Shown: positions 9,986 to 18,819 of the stretch, one piece after another
Layout of the letters: each line of letters begins with the position of its first letter
Position numbering within the stretch: position 1 is the stretch's first letter
Sequence record: SRR20825010_58
Direction: 5' to 3' (one strand)
Length of the DNA: 32,889 nucleotides
Position numbers and translations under genes: made by a program
Notes under the pieces: model-generated
The model's input: only the letters and a program-made list of their open reading frames with translations
What the model was told of the DNA's origin: nothing
Databases searched by the model: none

Positions 9986-11410
9986 ATGACTCGTAACCCA
10001 CTGACGCTCGCCCTTCTGGGCGGGCTGATGCTGGGTGGCTGCACCCTGGCCCCCAGCTACGAACAACCCGCATCACCGGTACCGGCCCAAGTGGGCGCAA
10101 CAGCCGTTGACGGCGCCAGCGAGCTCACCCTACCCGGCTGGTCTACCCTGTATCAGAGCGCGGAGCTGCAACAACTCATCCAGAGCGCGCTGGATAACAA
10201 CCGGGATTTGCGCCTGGCCGTTCTGGATGTGGCCGCCCTGCGCGCCCAGTACCAAATCCAGCGCGCCGACCTGTACCCGAACCTGTCCGTGGATGGCAGC
10301 GGCACTCGCCAGCGCCTGCCTGGCGACCTGTCATACACCGGTAGCTCAACCCTTTCTGATCAATACGGTGTTCAGGTTGGCGTCACCGCCTGGGAACTGG
10401 ATTTGTTCGGACGCGTACGCAGCCTCAAGGATGCGTCTCTGGAGACTTACCTGGCTAGCGAAGAAGCCCGGCGCAGCACCCAGCTGGCACTGGTAGCCCA
10501 GGTGGCGCAAAGCTACCTGACCCTGGTCAGCGACCGTCAGAATCTGGCGATCAGCCGTGAAACGGTAGCCGCGCAAGCGGATTCGCTGGCGCTGATCCAG
10601 CGGCGCTTCGAAGGCGGGCTGGGCACAGAACTGGATGTACGTCAGGCACAGATTGCCCTACAAGGTGCCCGCGCCAACCAGGCCAGCTTTGAACGCCAGG
10701 TCAACCAGGATTACAACGCCCTGGCGGTATTGGTAGGCGGGCCCCTGCCCGCACTGGAATCGGTGAACCTGAACAGCGACACCCTCTCACTGGTGGCACC
10801 GGTACCGGAAGGACTATCGTCCAGCCTCTTGACCCAGCGGCCGGACGTGCAGCAGGCGGAACATCAGCTACGTGCCGCCAATGCCAGCATCGGTGCCGCG
10901 CGAGCCGCCTTCTTCCCCAGCATCCAGCTCACCGGCGCCTATGGCACCATGAGCAGCGAGCTGTCCGGCCTGTTCGACAGCGGCTCCAAGGCCTGGTCCT
11001 TCAGCCCCAGCATCTCCCTGCCGATTTTCTCCGGCGGCCGCAACAAGGCCAATCTGGATCTGGCTGAAGTGCGCCAGGACCAGGCGGTAGCGACCTATGA
11101 GAAAGCGATTCAAACCGCCTTTCAGGAAGTCGCCAACGCGCTACAGGCCCGCGACACTCTGGCCCGCCAGCAACAGGCCCAGCAAGCGCTGGTCACCGCC
11201 ACCGAGCAGTCCCTCGCGCTCTCGCAGCAACGCTATGAGCAAGGCGCAGATAACTACCTGGCCGTGCTGGATGCCCAGCGCACCCTGCTGTCCGCCCGCC
11301 AGCAGCTGGTGACGCTGAAGCTGCAGCAGCTGACCAATGAAACCGAGCTGTATCGGGCGCTGGGTGGTGGCTGGGATGCACAACAGCCCACCCACGTGGC
11401 TAGCCGTTAG
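9986..11410 (+). CDS. oprM: Outer-membrane efflux lipoprotein (OprM/NodT family)
   Basis: Lipobox LGGC; NNRDLR, WELDLFGR, RPDVQQAE and LYRALGGGW motifs. Confidence 0.93.
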   Translation: MTRNPLTLALLGGLMLGGCTLAPSYEQPASPVPAQVGATAVDGASELTLPGWSTLYQSAELQQLIQSALDNNRDLRLAVLDVAALRAQYQIQRADLYPNLSVDGSGTRQRLPGDLSYTGSSTLSDQYGVQVGVTAWELDLFGRVRSLKDASLETYLASEEARRSTQLALVAQVAQSYLTLVSDRQNLAISRETVAAQADSLALIQRRFEGGLGTELDVRQAQIALQGARANQASFERQVNQDYNALAVLVGGPLPALESVNLNSDTLSLVAPVPEGLSSSLLTQRPDVQQAEHQLRAANASIGAARAAFFPSIQLTGAYGTMSSELSGLFDSGSKAWSFSPSISLPIFSGGRNKANLDLAEVRQDQAVATYEKAIQTAFQEVANALQARDTLARQQQAQQALVTATEQSLALSQQRYEQGADNYLAVLDAQRTLLSARQQLVTLKLQQLTNETELYRALGGGWDAQQPTHVASR

Positions 11411-11434
11411 CGTGTTTTGAAAAATGCAGACAGA

Positions 11435-11471
11435 TGTCGGATTACGCCGCTACGCGGCTAATCCGACCTAC
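11435..11471 (-). repeat. GTAG-family REP element
   Basis: Minus strand GTAGGTCGGATTAGCCGCGTAGCGGCGTAATCCGACA: GTAG tetranucleotide followed by a long imperfect palindrome, between convergent genes. Confidence 0.75.
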
Positions 11472-11530
11472 CAAAAAAGGGGCAGAGGCCTCTCAAGGCA
11501 GCAAACGGCAAGAGATAACGCGGAAGGGAA

Positions 11531-11983
11531 TTACTCACTGCGTAAACGGAAGGTTGCCTCACCGAGTGCCAGCAGCGTGTCCTTTTCATCGAACACTTCC
11601 ATGGTGCTGTTGTAGATCCGGGTGCCACCGGCACGGCGGGTACCCACCGCACGGATCAATCCTTCACTGGCCTGTCCGGTGAACGTGGTGGTCATGGACA
11701 GGGTGACGGCCTTGCGAATGTGCGCAGGGTCCGGGCTCCAGGTCCCGGCACAGGCCCCGGCCACATCCATCAGGGTCGCCAGCACCCCACCATGAATGAC
11801 CCCGCCCAGGTTCAAATGCGGGGCCTCAATCTGCAAACCCAACACCGCCCTGCCTTCTTCCCATTCCAGAAAATGAAACCCCACCAGAGCGGGAAAACCT
11901 ATATCGAAACGGGTATTGGCATCAGCCAGGGAAAACCCCTTGGAGGGCGGAACTGCACTCATACTCTCGCACTCATTGTTCAT
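11531..11983 (-). CDS. PaaI family hotdog-fold thioesterase
   Basis: HLNLGGVIHGGVLATLMD motif; 150 aa; 15 bp downstream of iclR. Confidence 0.88.
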   Translation of the reverse strand: MNNECESMSAVPPSKGFSLADANTRFDIGFPALVGFHFLEWEEGRAVLGLQIEAPHLNLGGVIHGGVLATLMDVAGACAGTWSPDPAHIRKAVTLSMTTTFTGQASEGLIRAVGTRRAGGTRIYNSTMEVFDEKDTLLALGEATFRLRSE

Positions 11984-11998
11984 TTTACCTGTGGCGGT

Positions 11999-12799
11999 TC
12001 AGGCGCGGCCCTGTACCATTTGTGCAACCTGCCCGACCACGTCTTTCAGGCGTGGGCCAAGATTTTCCAACAGCGTTCTGCGACTCAACCGCAACGATGA
12101 ACCGCCGCAGTTGAATGGCACTACCTGAGCGCCACCATCCAGAATCAACGGCACCGCCACGCCACTCACATCGCGGTTCCATTCTCCGTCAGACGTACAG
12201 AAGCCGTATTGCTCATATTCCTCATAGGCACTCTGCAGGCTGCGCTCCAAGGCCGGCCAGGCCGCCGGGTCCTGCTGACGAATTTGCTCGTAGTACATTT
12301 CCCGCTCAACTTCCGGCGTGGCCGCCAGGAACGCCCGGCCCAATGCCGAGGTGGCCATGGGCACCCGCGAACCGATATCCAGCCGCAGCACCAGTGGGCC
12401 ATTGCCCTGACAAACCTGGATATACGTCACCTGAGCGCCATCCGGCGCGCCAATGGCGACCATGCAATCGGTCGAATCCGCCAGCTCCTGCATGTAAGGT
12501 CGTGCCAGATCCCGCACCCCCTCACTGGCCAGATAGCGGTAACCCAAATCCAGCACGCCCGGCCCCAGCCGGTATTTCTCCAGCTGCGGTACATAACGCA
12601 GGTAGCCCAGCTGCGTCAGGGTCGCAGTCATCCGCGATACAGTGGGGCGGGGAATGCTGGTGCGCTTGGCCAGCTCCGCATTGCCCAGGTATTCATCAGA
12701 AGGCCCAAAGCAACGAAGAATATCCAGCCCCCTTGCGAGGGCCGTGACGAAATTACGGTCTTTATCATTGGCGCCGAGGTCGGCAACAGCTCTACGCAT
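11999..12799 (-). CDS. IclR family transcriptional regulator
   Basis: FVTALARGLDIL...LAKRTSIPRPTVSRMTATL HTH; GSRVPMATSALGRA and GEWNRDVSGVAVP effector-domain motifs. Confidence 0.92.
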   Translation of the reverse strand: MRRAVADLGANDKDRNFVTALARGLDILRCFGPSDEYLGNAELAKRTSIPRPTVSRMTATLTQLGYLRYVPQLEKYRLGPGVLDLGYRYLASEGVRDLARPYMQELADSTDCMVAIGAPDGAQVTYIQVCQGNGPLVLRLDIGSRVPMATSALGRAFLAATPEVEREMYYEQIRQQDPAAWPALERSLQSAYEEYEQYGFCTSDGEWNRDVSGVAVPLILDGGAQVVPFNCGGSSLRLSRRTLLENLGPRLKDVVGQVAQMVQGRA

Positions 12800-13045
12800 T
12801 CTTCTCGTTCCTGTATCAGGCTTCGGGTTGGCTGAAACCGGTTGTTCCGGCTAACCGGACATCGATTCCATTTATAGTTATGTATTAGGCTCGCAAATAT
12901 AACAAAAAGCGTTTCGCCTGCCTAAGACACCGCTTGCCCGCGGCTCAAACCGGCCATGGCTCGACGTCCCCCTCTCAAGCACAATGGGGGGGGCGCGGGC
13001 ACGGCAGGAACATTCACCATGTCACGCTTCAGCCATAGCGGTCAA

Positions 13046-13074
13046 TATTTTAAAATTACGTTTCATTATTGTAA
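13046..13074 (-). promoter_or_regulatory. Putative IclR operator/promoter in the iclR-aldehyde dehydrogenase divergent region
   Basis: 22/29 identity with 4602-4630; minus-strand TAAAAT -10-like hexamer. Confidence 0.5.
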
Positions 13075-13120
13075 TGTTGACCCACCACACACAATGGAAG
13101 ACCGATAAAAGGACGATTCC

Positions 13121-14545
13121 ATGGATACGCTGCAGCAGTTCTACATCAACGGCAGCTGGGTTTCTCCCGCGCCGGGAGCCACCACCCACGCCGTTATCAA
13201 CCCCGCCAATGAAGAACAGATTGCCACCTTGCCGCTGGCACAGGCTGCCGACATTGATGCGGCAATCGACGCCGCCCACCAGGCCTTCCCCACCTGGTCC
13301 GCTCTGACACTGGAAGAGCGACTGGGCTATATGGAAAAAATGCTCGAAGCCTACCAGGCCCATCTACCGGAAATGGCCGAGGCCATCAGCCAGGAAATGG
13401 GGGCCCCCATCTCCCTGGCCAGCAAGGTGCAGGCCCCCATGGGTCTGGCCCATTTAAAAACCGCTCTGGGCATCGCCCGGGAATTTCCGTTTGAAGAAAC
13501 CGCAGGGCAGTCACTGATCCGCCGTGAAGCGGCCGGTGTCTGCGCCCTGATCACGCCCTGGAACTGGCCCATGAACCAGGTCATGTGCAAAGTCGCCCCG
13601 GCCATGGCTGCCGGTTGTACCATGGTGCTCAAGCCGAGTGAATTCGCCCCGCTCTCCGCTAACCTGCTGACCCGCATCATTGATGAAGCCGGCGTACCCG
13701 CCGGGGTCTTCAATATGGTGTACGGCGATGGCGCCGCGGTGGGTCCGTTGCTGTCCAGCGACCCTCGAATTGATGTGGTCTCCCTCACCGGCTCCACCCG
13801 CGCCGGGGAATCCGTAAGCCGGGAAGCAGCGAGCACGATTAAACGCGTGTCGCTGGAGCTGGGCGGCAAATCTGCCAATATCCTGCTGCCGGGCTGCGAT
13901 CTGGAGCAGGCTGTTACCCACGGAGTGCGCTCCATGATGACCAACACCGGGCAAAGCTGTAATGCGCCGTCACGGATGCTAGTGCCGGCGGATCAACTGG
14001 CTGAAGCCGAACAGATCGCTGCCCAGGTTTGCGACAGCGTAGTCGTCGGAGACCCCACTGATAACGCTACCGTCATGGGCCCTATCGCTAACGGGCGTCA
14101 GTACCAACGGGTACAGGCCATGATTGAGAAAGGACAGGAAGAAGGCGCTAAACTGGTTGCCGGTGGTCCCGGCAAGCCCGATGGCATCACCAAGGGTTAT
14201 TTCGCTCGCCCCACGGTATTCAGTGAGGTGAACAACCAGATGACCATAGCCCGGGAAGAAATCTTCGGCCCGGTACTGGTGATGATCCCCTACGACACCG
14301 TGGACAATGCCGTCGCCATTGCCAACGACTCCGAGTACGGGCTGTCCGGCTATGTCTTCGGGGATGATGCCCAGGCCCGCCAGGTGGCCGCACGCCTGCG
14401 TACCGGCAACGTCCATATCAATGGGGCCGGCCCGGATGTACAGGCGGCTTTTGGAGGCTACAAACAATCCGGGATTGGCCGGGAATGGGGCCGCTTTGGC
14501 TTTGAAGAGTTCCTGGAAACCAAATCCCTGTTCCTGCCGGGGTAA
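13121..14545 (+). CDS. NAD(P)-dependent aldehyde dehydrogenase
   Basis: ITPWNWP, LKPSE, LTGSTRAG, LELGGKS, GQSC (catalytic Cys), EEIFGPV and FGGYKQSG motifs. Confidence 0.93.
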   Translation: MDTLQQFYINGSWVSPAPGATTHAVINPANEEQIATLPLAQAADIDAAIDAAHQAFPTWSALTLEERLGYMEKMLEAYQAHLPEMAEAISQEMGAPISLASKVQAPMGLAHLKTALGIAREFPFEETAGQSLIRREAAGVCALITPWNWPMNQVMCKVAPAMAAGCTMVLKPSEFAPLSANLLTRIIDEAGVPAGVFNMVYGDGAAVGPLLSSDPRIDVVSLTGSTRAGESVSREAASTIKRVSLELGGKSANILLPGCDLEQAVTHGVRSMMTNTGQSCNAPSRMLVPADQLAEAEQIAAQVCDSVVVGDPTDNATVMGPIANGRQYQRVQAMIEKGQEEGAKLVAGGPGKPDGITKGYFARPTVFSEVNNQMTIAREEIFGPVLVMIPYDTVDNAVAIANDSEYGLSGYVFGDDAQARQVAARLRTGNVHINGAGPDVQAAFGGYKQSGIGREWGRFGFEEFLETKSLFLPG

Positions 14546-14592
14546 TGCCTCCCCTGTCATAACCGGACACAAAATCCCTCATTTTGTGTACT

Positions 14593-14626
14593 GGCACTAG
14601 CGCCCCGCCCGGGGCGCCAAAGTGCC
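14593..14626 (+). terminator. GC-rich hairpin after aldehyde dehydrogenase
   Basis: GGCACTAGCGCCCC-GCCC-GGGGCGCCAAAGTGCC stem with weak U-tract. Confidence 0.4.
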
Positions 14627-14657
14627 ATTTACCTGATCCGCCGCAACCTCGACTATC

Positions 14658-14677
14658 GTTACATCATCTAATGTCAC
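14658..14677. promoter_or_regulatory. Palindromic operator candidate upstream of COG3687 gene
   Basis: GTTACAT-CATCTA-ATGTCAC (6/7 arm match), about 50 bp before the ATG. Confidence 0.4.
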
Positions 14678-14725
14678 AGTGTGGCATTCAGCGGCGCCCC
14701 TGCCGCCAAAGATCAGGAGGACACC

Positions 14726-15661
14726 ATGACAACAACAGCATCCACCACCATTGAGTCCGGCCAGTCAAAGGCCCAGAAAGTCCCGTTGGGCGCCACCGTC
14801 AATATTCCGCCCCGTCGTCTCGACTTCCAGTTCGATGACAAGACCACGGCGCGTTATTTCTATGACAACGATCCTTTCCTGAGCGCATTCTGGTTGAGCC
14901 TGTCGGCCCTTTTTCCGGAAGGCGAAGCCTTCTTCGTGGATTCCGTGCGTCATTATCGTAAAGAGATCACCGACGGCACACTGAAAGCCCAGGTGGCGGG
15001 CTTTATTGGCCAGGAAGCCATGCACAGCAAAGAACATGAAGCCTGGAACGAAATGGGCGTGAAATTCGGCTACCCCACTGACAAGCTGGATAAGTCACTA
15101 GGCAAATTGCTGGGGCTGGTGCAAAAACGCACCCCGAAAATCTTCCAGCTGGCCGCCACTGTATGTCTGGAACACTACACCGCCATCATCGCCGAACAGC
15201 TGCTGCGCGAAGATGAGCACCAGGAAAAAATCCTCGATGAAGCCACCGCAAAACTGTGGTTGTGGCACGCTCTGGAAGAAAACGAACACAAAACCGTTGC
15301 CTATGATGTCTATGAAAAGGTCAGCGGTAGTTATGCTATTCGTGCCGGCGCCATGATCCCCACTACCGTGGTTTTCTTCGCGGTATTAGCCGCTTTCCAG
15401 GCTCGCATGCTGGCTTCCGACGGCCGCCTGTTCAGTCTGAAAAACAACTGGCAAGGCATGAAATTCCTGTTTGGCCGCAAGGGGCTGTTCACCAAACTGG
15501 CGCCCCAGTATCTGGATTTCTTCAAGCGGGATTTCCACCCTTCCCAGCACGACACCGATGCCCTGCTGGACGAATGGCGGGAAAAGCTGTTCGGCGTCGA
15601 TGGCATGCTCACCGAGCAGCATGCCCAGGCCAGCCAGCGCAAGAGAAAGAAGACCCACTGA
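14726..15661 (+). CDS. Predicted metal-dependent hydrolase (COG3687-like), ferritin-like diiron motifs
   Basis: CAGGAGG RBS before ATG 14726; LFPEGEAFF, IGQEAMH, LEHYTA, WHALEENEHK and YLDFFKRDFHP motifs. Confidence 0.85.
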   Translation: MTTTASTTIESGQSKAQKVPLGATVNIPPRRLDFQFDDKTTARYFYDNDPFLSAFWLSLSALFPEGEAFFVDSVRHYRKEITDGTLKAQVAGFIGQEAMHSKEHEAWNEMGVKFGYPTDKLDKSLGKLLGLVQKRTPKIFQLAATVCLEHYTAIIAEQLLREDEHQEKILDEATAKLWLWHALEENEHKTVAYDVYEKVSGSYAIRAGAMIPTTVVFFAVLAAFQARMLASDGRLFSLKNNWQGMKFLFGRKGLFTKLAPQYLDFFKRDFHPSQHDTDALLDEWREKLFGVDGMLTEQHAQASQRKRKKTH

Positions 15662-15683
15662 ATGTCTTCCTCTCAAGCATAAG

Positions 15684-15710
15684 AAAGGGCCGCTCACCGC
15701 GGCCTTTTTT
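15684..15710 (+). terminator. Rho-independent terminator
   Basis: AAAGGGCCGC-TCACC-GCGGCCTTTTTT. Confidence 0.85.
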
Positions 15711-15765
15711 ATGGTCATCGGTTATGGATTAGAGGCGTAACACTGCGACTTACGGGGAACATCAG

Positions 15766-15781
15766 TAGTACTTTCGCACTG
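15766..15781. promoter_or_regulatory. 16-bp NarL/ErbR-type box candidate upstream of the TonB receptor
   Basis: TAGTACTTTCGCACTG; member of the motif family recurring in the module's promoters. Confidence 0.5.
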
Positions 15782-15849
15782 TATGACTTGAGGGCAGCCC
15801 TATAAGCAAATAGCGTAAACCCCACACTAACAACAAAGCCGTACATGCC

Positions 15850-17910
15850 ATGCCCTCATTGAAGCGAATCGCCTTCGGTCTTGCGACAATCAACCTGCCC
15901 CTGACTGTTCTGGCCGCCCCCTCAGAGCTGGAAACCATACAGGTTGATGGCACGCGCATGGAGCGTAGTCTTTTGGACACCCCTGCCGCAGTAAGTGTCG
16001 TGGATGCCAGAACTGCTCAGCAAGGCCAACAGAACATTCAACTTGATGAAAGTCTTGCCAGGGTACCCGGGCTCTACCTGCAAAACCGCTACAACTTCGC
16101 CCAGAACCAACGAATCTCTATTCGGGGCTTTGGCGCACGCGCGCCTTTTGGGGTCCGCGGGTTACGGGTTCGAGTAGATGGTTTCCCCGAAACACTACCG
16201 GATGGGCAGTCACAGGTGGACAATATCGACTTGGACTCCATCTACCAGGCAACGGTATTGCGTGGCCCTGCGTCGGTTCTCTATGGCAATGCTACCGGCG
16301 GCGTCATCGATATTGAAAGCCTCTCCGGGCGAACCATAAGGAATAATGGTGCGCTGAGTTTGTCGAGCGGCGCCGATGGTTTCCGCAAAGCCCACCTCAA
16401 GAGCGGGGGACAGAAAGGCAATGCGCATTATTATCTCGGCGTCAGCGGTCTTAACTACGAGGGATACCGTGATCAAAGCGCCGTCGAGAAATACCAACTC
16501 AACAGCCGGGTTGGCTGGACACTGGGCAACCACCAGGAAATAGACCTGTTTCTGACCGCTTTAGATACACCGTATGCTGAAGACCCTGGCGGACTAACCC
16601 GTGCCCAGGCTCACGCTGACAGAAAGCAGGCCACCATGCTTGCGGATCGACTGGACGCCGGCCAGGAAGTGGACCAACAACGGATTGGCTTCCGTTACCG
16701 CAATACGTCCTTGGCCGGGGGGGTGTTACAGACACGAGCGTTCATTAGCCAACGCGATTTTACCCAGCAGCTCCCATTTCCCGGTAGCAGCTTGATCGAT
16801 TATCAGCGGACGTTCTACGGAGCAGGCGTAGAATATAATCACGATCTCGACTTATTCGGTTTACGCCACCGCTATCTGGTTGGCGTTGACGTGGATCGCC
16901 AGCAGGATGATCGTGGCCGCCGGGGAGTGAGTTTCAGCGGTGTCATTACTGGACTCACCGCCAATGAGGATCAGATTGCCACCAGCAGTGGCCTTTTTGT
17001 ACAGACCGATACCTTTCTCACCGATACCCTCACTCTCTCGCTAGGGGCAAGAGCCGACCGGATCCAGTTCAAAATAGAAGATCATTTCCTGACAGACGGA
17101 GACGATAGCGGCAAGCAACACTTCAATGAAGGCAGCTTTAGTGCCGGCATTGCCTGGCATGCCCTCCCTGCCCACACCCTCTATGCCTCAGTCAGCTCAG
17201 CGTTTGAAACCCCCACCTTCACTGAGCTAGCCAATCCGTCTGGCGCGGGAGGCTTCAATCCAGATCTTGAGCCGCAGAAAGCACTGAATCAGGAACTGGG
17301 TATCCGTGGCACCATCAGCAATGACCTGCTCTATGATCTCACGCTGTTTAGCGTCCGCGTCAAAGACGAAATTACCCCTTACGAACTCGGCGGACGAACC
17401 TACTACGAGAATGCTGCCCGCACACGCCGCGAAGGCATTGAACTATCGCTGGAACACTTCACCACAGAAACCCTGACCACAACGATTGCCTGGACGTGGG
17501 CGCAATACCGTTTCGATCGCTTCTTTGATGATCAACAGGGCGTTGACGTAAGCGATAACCATATGCCTGGTTTGCCGCAACATATTGTTTTTGCCGAAGC
17601 AGCCTGGCGCCCCGAAAACGGTTTTTTTGTTGTCGGCGATGTACGTTTTGCCAGCGAGGTTTATGCGGAAAACACCAACCAGACACGCATTGGCAGCCAT
17701 GCAGTTGTTAATGCCCGGTTTGGAAAGCGCTGGCAATTCAATCGCCAGAGTTTTGAAATTCACACCGGCATTAATAACCTTTTCGACCGTGATTACTACA
17801 GCAACATTCGTATCAATGCCAATAGCGACAGGCCAGACCCTGCTGATCGCGGCTACTTTGAACCAGCCCCGGGCCGAACCTTGTACGCCGGGATAACCCT
17901 TGGGTGGTAA
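15850..17910 (+). CDS. pqqU: TonB-dependent receptor, YncD/PqqU-like (probable PQQ uptake)
   Basis: Signal peptide; plug motif QNRYNFAQNQRISIRGFGARAPFGVRGLRVRVDGFPETLPDGQSQ and SAFETPTFTEL match the YncD/PqqU subfamily as recalled; C-terminal FEPAPGRTLYAG..W; quinoprotein cluster context. Confidence 0.75.
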   Translation: MPSLKRIAFGLATINLPLTVLAAPSELETIQVDGTRMERSLLDTPAAVSVVDARTAQQGQQNIQLDESLARVPGLYLQNRYNFAQNQRISIRGFGARAPFGVRGLRVRVDGFPETLPDGQSQVDNIDLDSIYQATVLRGPASVLYGNATGGVIDIESLSGRTIRNNGALSLSSGADGFRKAHLKSGGQKGNAHYYLGVSGLNYEGYRDQSAVEKYQLNSRVGWTLGNHQEIDLFLTALDTPYAEDPGGLTRAQAHADRKQATMLADRLDAGQEVDQQRIGFRYRNTSLAGGVLQTRAFISQRDFTQQLPFPGSSLIDYQRTFYGAGVEYNHDLDLFGLRHRYLVGVDVDRQQDDRGRRGVSFSGVITGLTANEDQIATSSGLFVQTDTFLTDTLTLSLGARADRIQFKIEDHFLTDGDDSGKQHFNEGSFSAGIAWHALPAHTLYASVSSAFETPTFTELANPSGAGGFNPDLEPQKALNQELGIRGTISNDLLYDLTLFSVRVKDEITPYELGGRTYYENAARTRREGIELSLEHFTTETLTTTIAWTWAQYRFDRFFDDQQGVDVSDNHMPGLPQHIVFAEAAWRPENGFFVVGDVRFASEVYAENTNQTRIGSHAVVNARFGKRWQFNRQSFEIHTGINNLFDRDYYSNIRINANSDRPDPADRGYFEPAPGRTLYAGITLGW

Positions 17911-17912
17911 AT

Positions 17913-18587
17913 ATGAAGTATTGGCTAGCAACGTTGTTACTGTACGCTCTTCCTCTTCATGCGCTTCAACTGGGTGATGCAGCACCTGATTTTGAAGCTG
18001 AAACGACCGTGGGACATGTGCATTTCGAACGTTGGAGGCAGGATCATTGGGTCGTCATGTTTTCCCATCCAGCCAGTTTCACCCCGGTATGTACCACCGA
18101 GCTCGCTGCAGTGGAACGCTTAAACAGCGCCTTCGAGCAACGAAACGTACGTGCATTAGCTTTGGCTGTGAGTCCACTGAATGATCTAAAAGAATGGCTT
18201 GATGATATCGACGAAAGCCAAGGTGTCCGACCATCCTTTCCGATTATCTCGGATCAAAACCGAACCATCAGCACTCGTTACGGCATGCTTCACCCACGCT
18301 CGAACAACCTGACCACCGTTCGCAGCGTCTTTATCATTGACCCACGTGGACGCATTCGCCTGAAAATGGATTACCCACCGAGTATCGGGCGAAATTTTGA
18401 TGAACTTATACGTGCAATTGATGCCCTGCAAACCACTTATCGCTATCCGGTATTAACGCCAGCCGACTGGAAACCTGGCGACGACGCCATCATATCACCA
18501 AAACTATCTGACGATGACGCAAAGACGCTCTTTCCTGCACAAAAAGAAGCGACCCTCCCTTACTTGAAATACACCCCACTACCCTGA
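17913..18587 (+). CDS. 1-Cys peroxiredoxin (Prx6 family) with N-terminal signal peptide
   Basis: FSHPASFTPVCTTEL peroxidatic motif, TVRSVFIID, YPPSIGRNFDE and TPADWKPG; single Cys; leader MKYWLATLLLYALPLHA; starts 2 bp after the receptor stop. Confidence 0.88.
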   Translation: MKYWLATLLLYALPLHALQLGDAAPDFEAETTVGHVHFERWRQDHWVVMFSHPASFTPVCTTELAAVERLNSAFEQRNVRALALAVSPLNDLKEWLDDIDESQGVRPSFPIISDQNRTISTRYGMLHPRSNNLTTVRSVFIIDPRGRIRLKMDYPPSIGRNFDELIRAIDALQTTYRYPVLTPADWKPGDDAIISPKLSDDDAKTLFPAQKEATLPYLKYTPLP

Positions 18588-18688
18588 TCAAAACGATAAT
18601 ATGAATAGTTAAACCGTCATCACAGCAAAATCACTTATTAGTCACCAGGCAAAGTGATTCATAAATCACAACCAAATTAACCGTATAT

Positions 18689-18751
18689 TAATCCCTTAGT
18701 CGCACGACCAAACGCTATAAACATCACACTTAATACAGTACCAAGGCGGTA
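18689..18751. promoter_or_regulatory. Two 16-bp boxes upstream of porin
   Basis: TAATCCCTTAGTCGCA (18689-18704) and CAGTACCAAGGCGGTA (18736-18751); CATACT lies 23 bp after the second. Confidence 0.6.
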
Positions 18752-18819
18752 TTCTTCGTTCATTTTACGCTCTCCATACTCGTTGCTATCAACATGATAG
18801 AAACTTCAGGGAGCGTAAG

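Noticed and set aside
18588-18819. Search for a pqqA peptide or sRNA in the larger intergenic gaps (also 15662-15849, 25345-25626, 31679-31899)
   Set aside because: No short ORF with the PqqA ExxxY pattern and RBS was seen; gaps are explained by promoters and operators.
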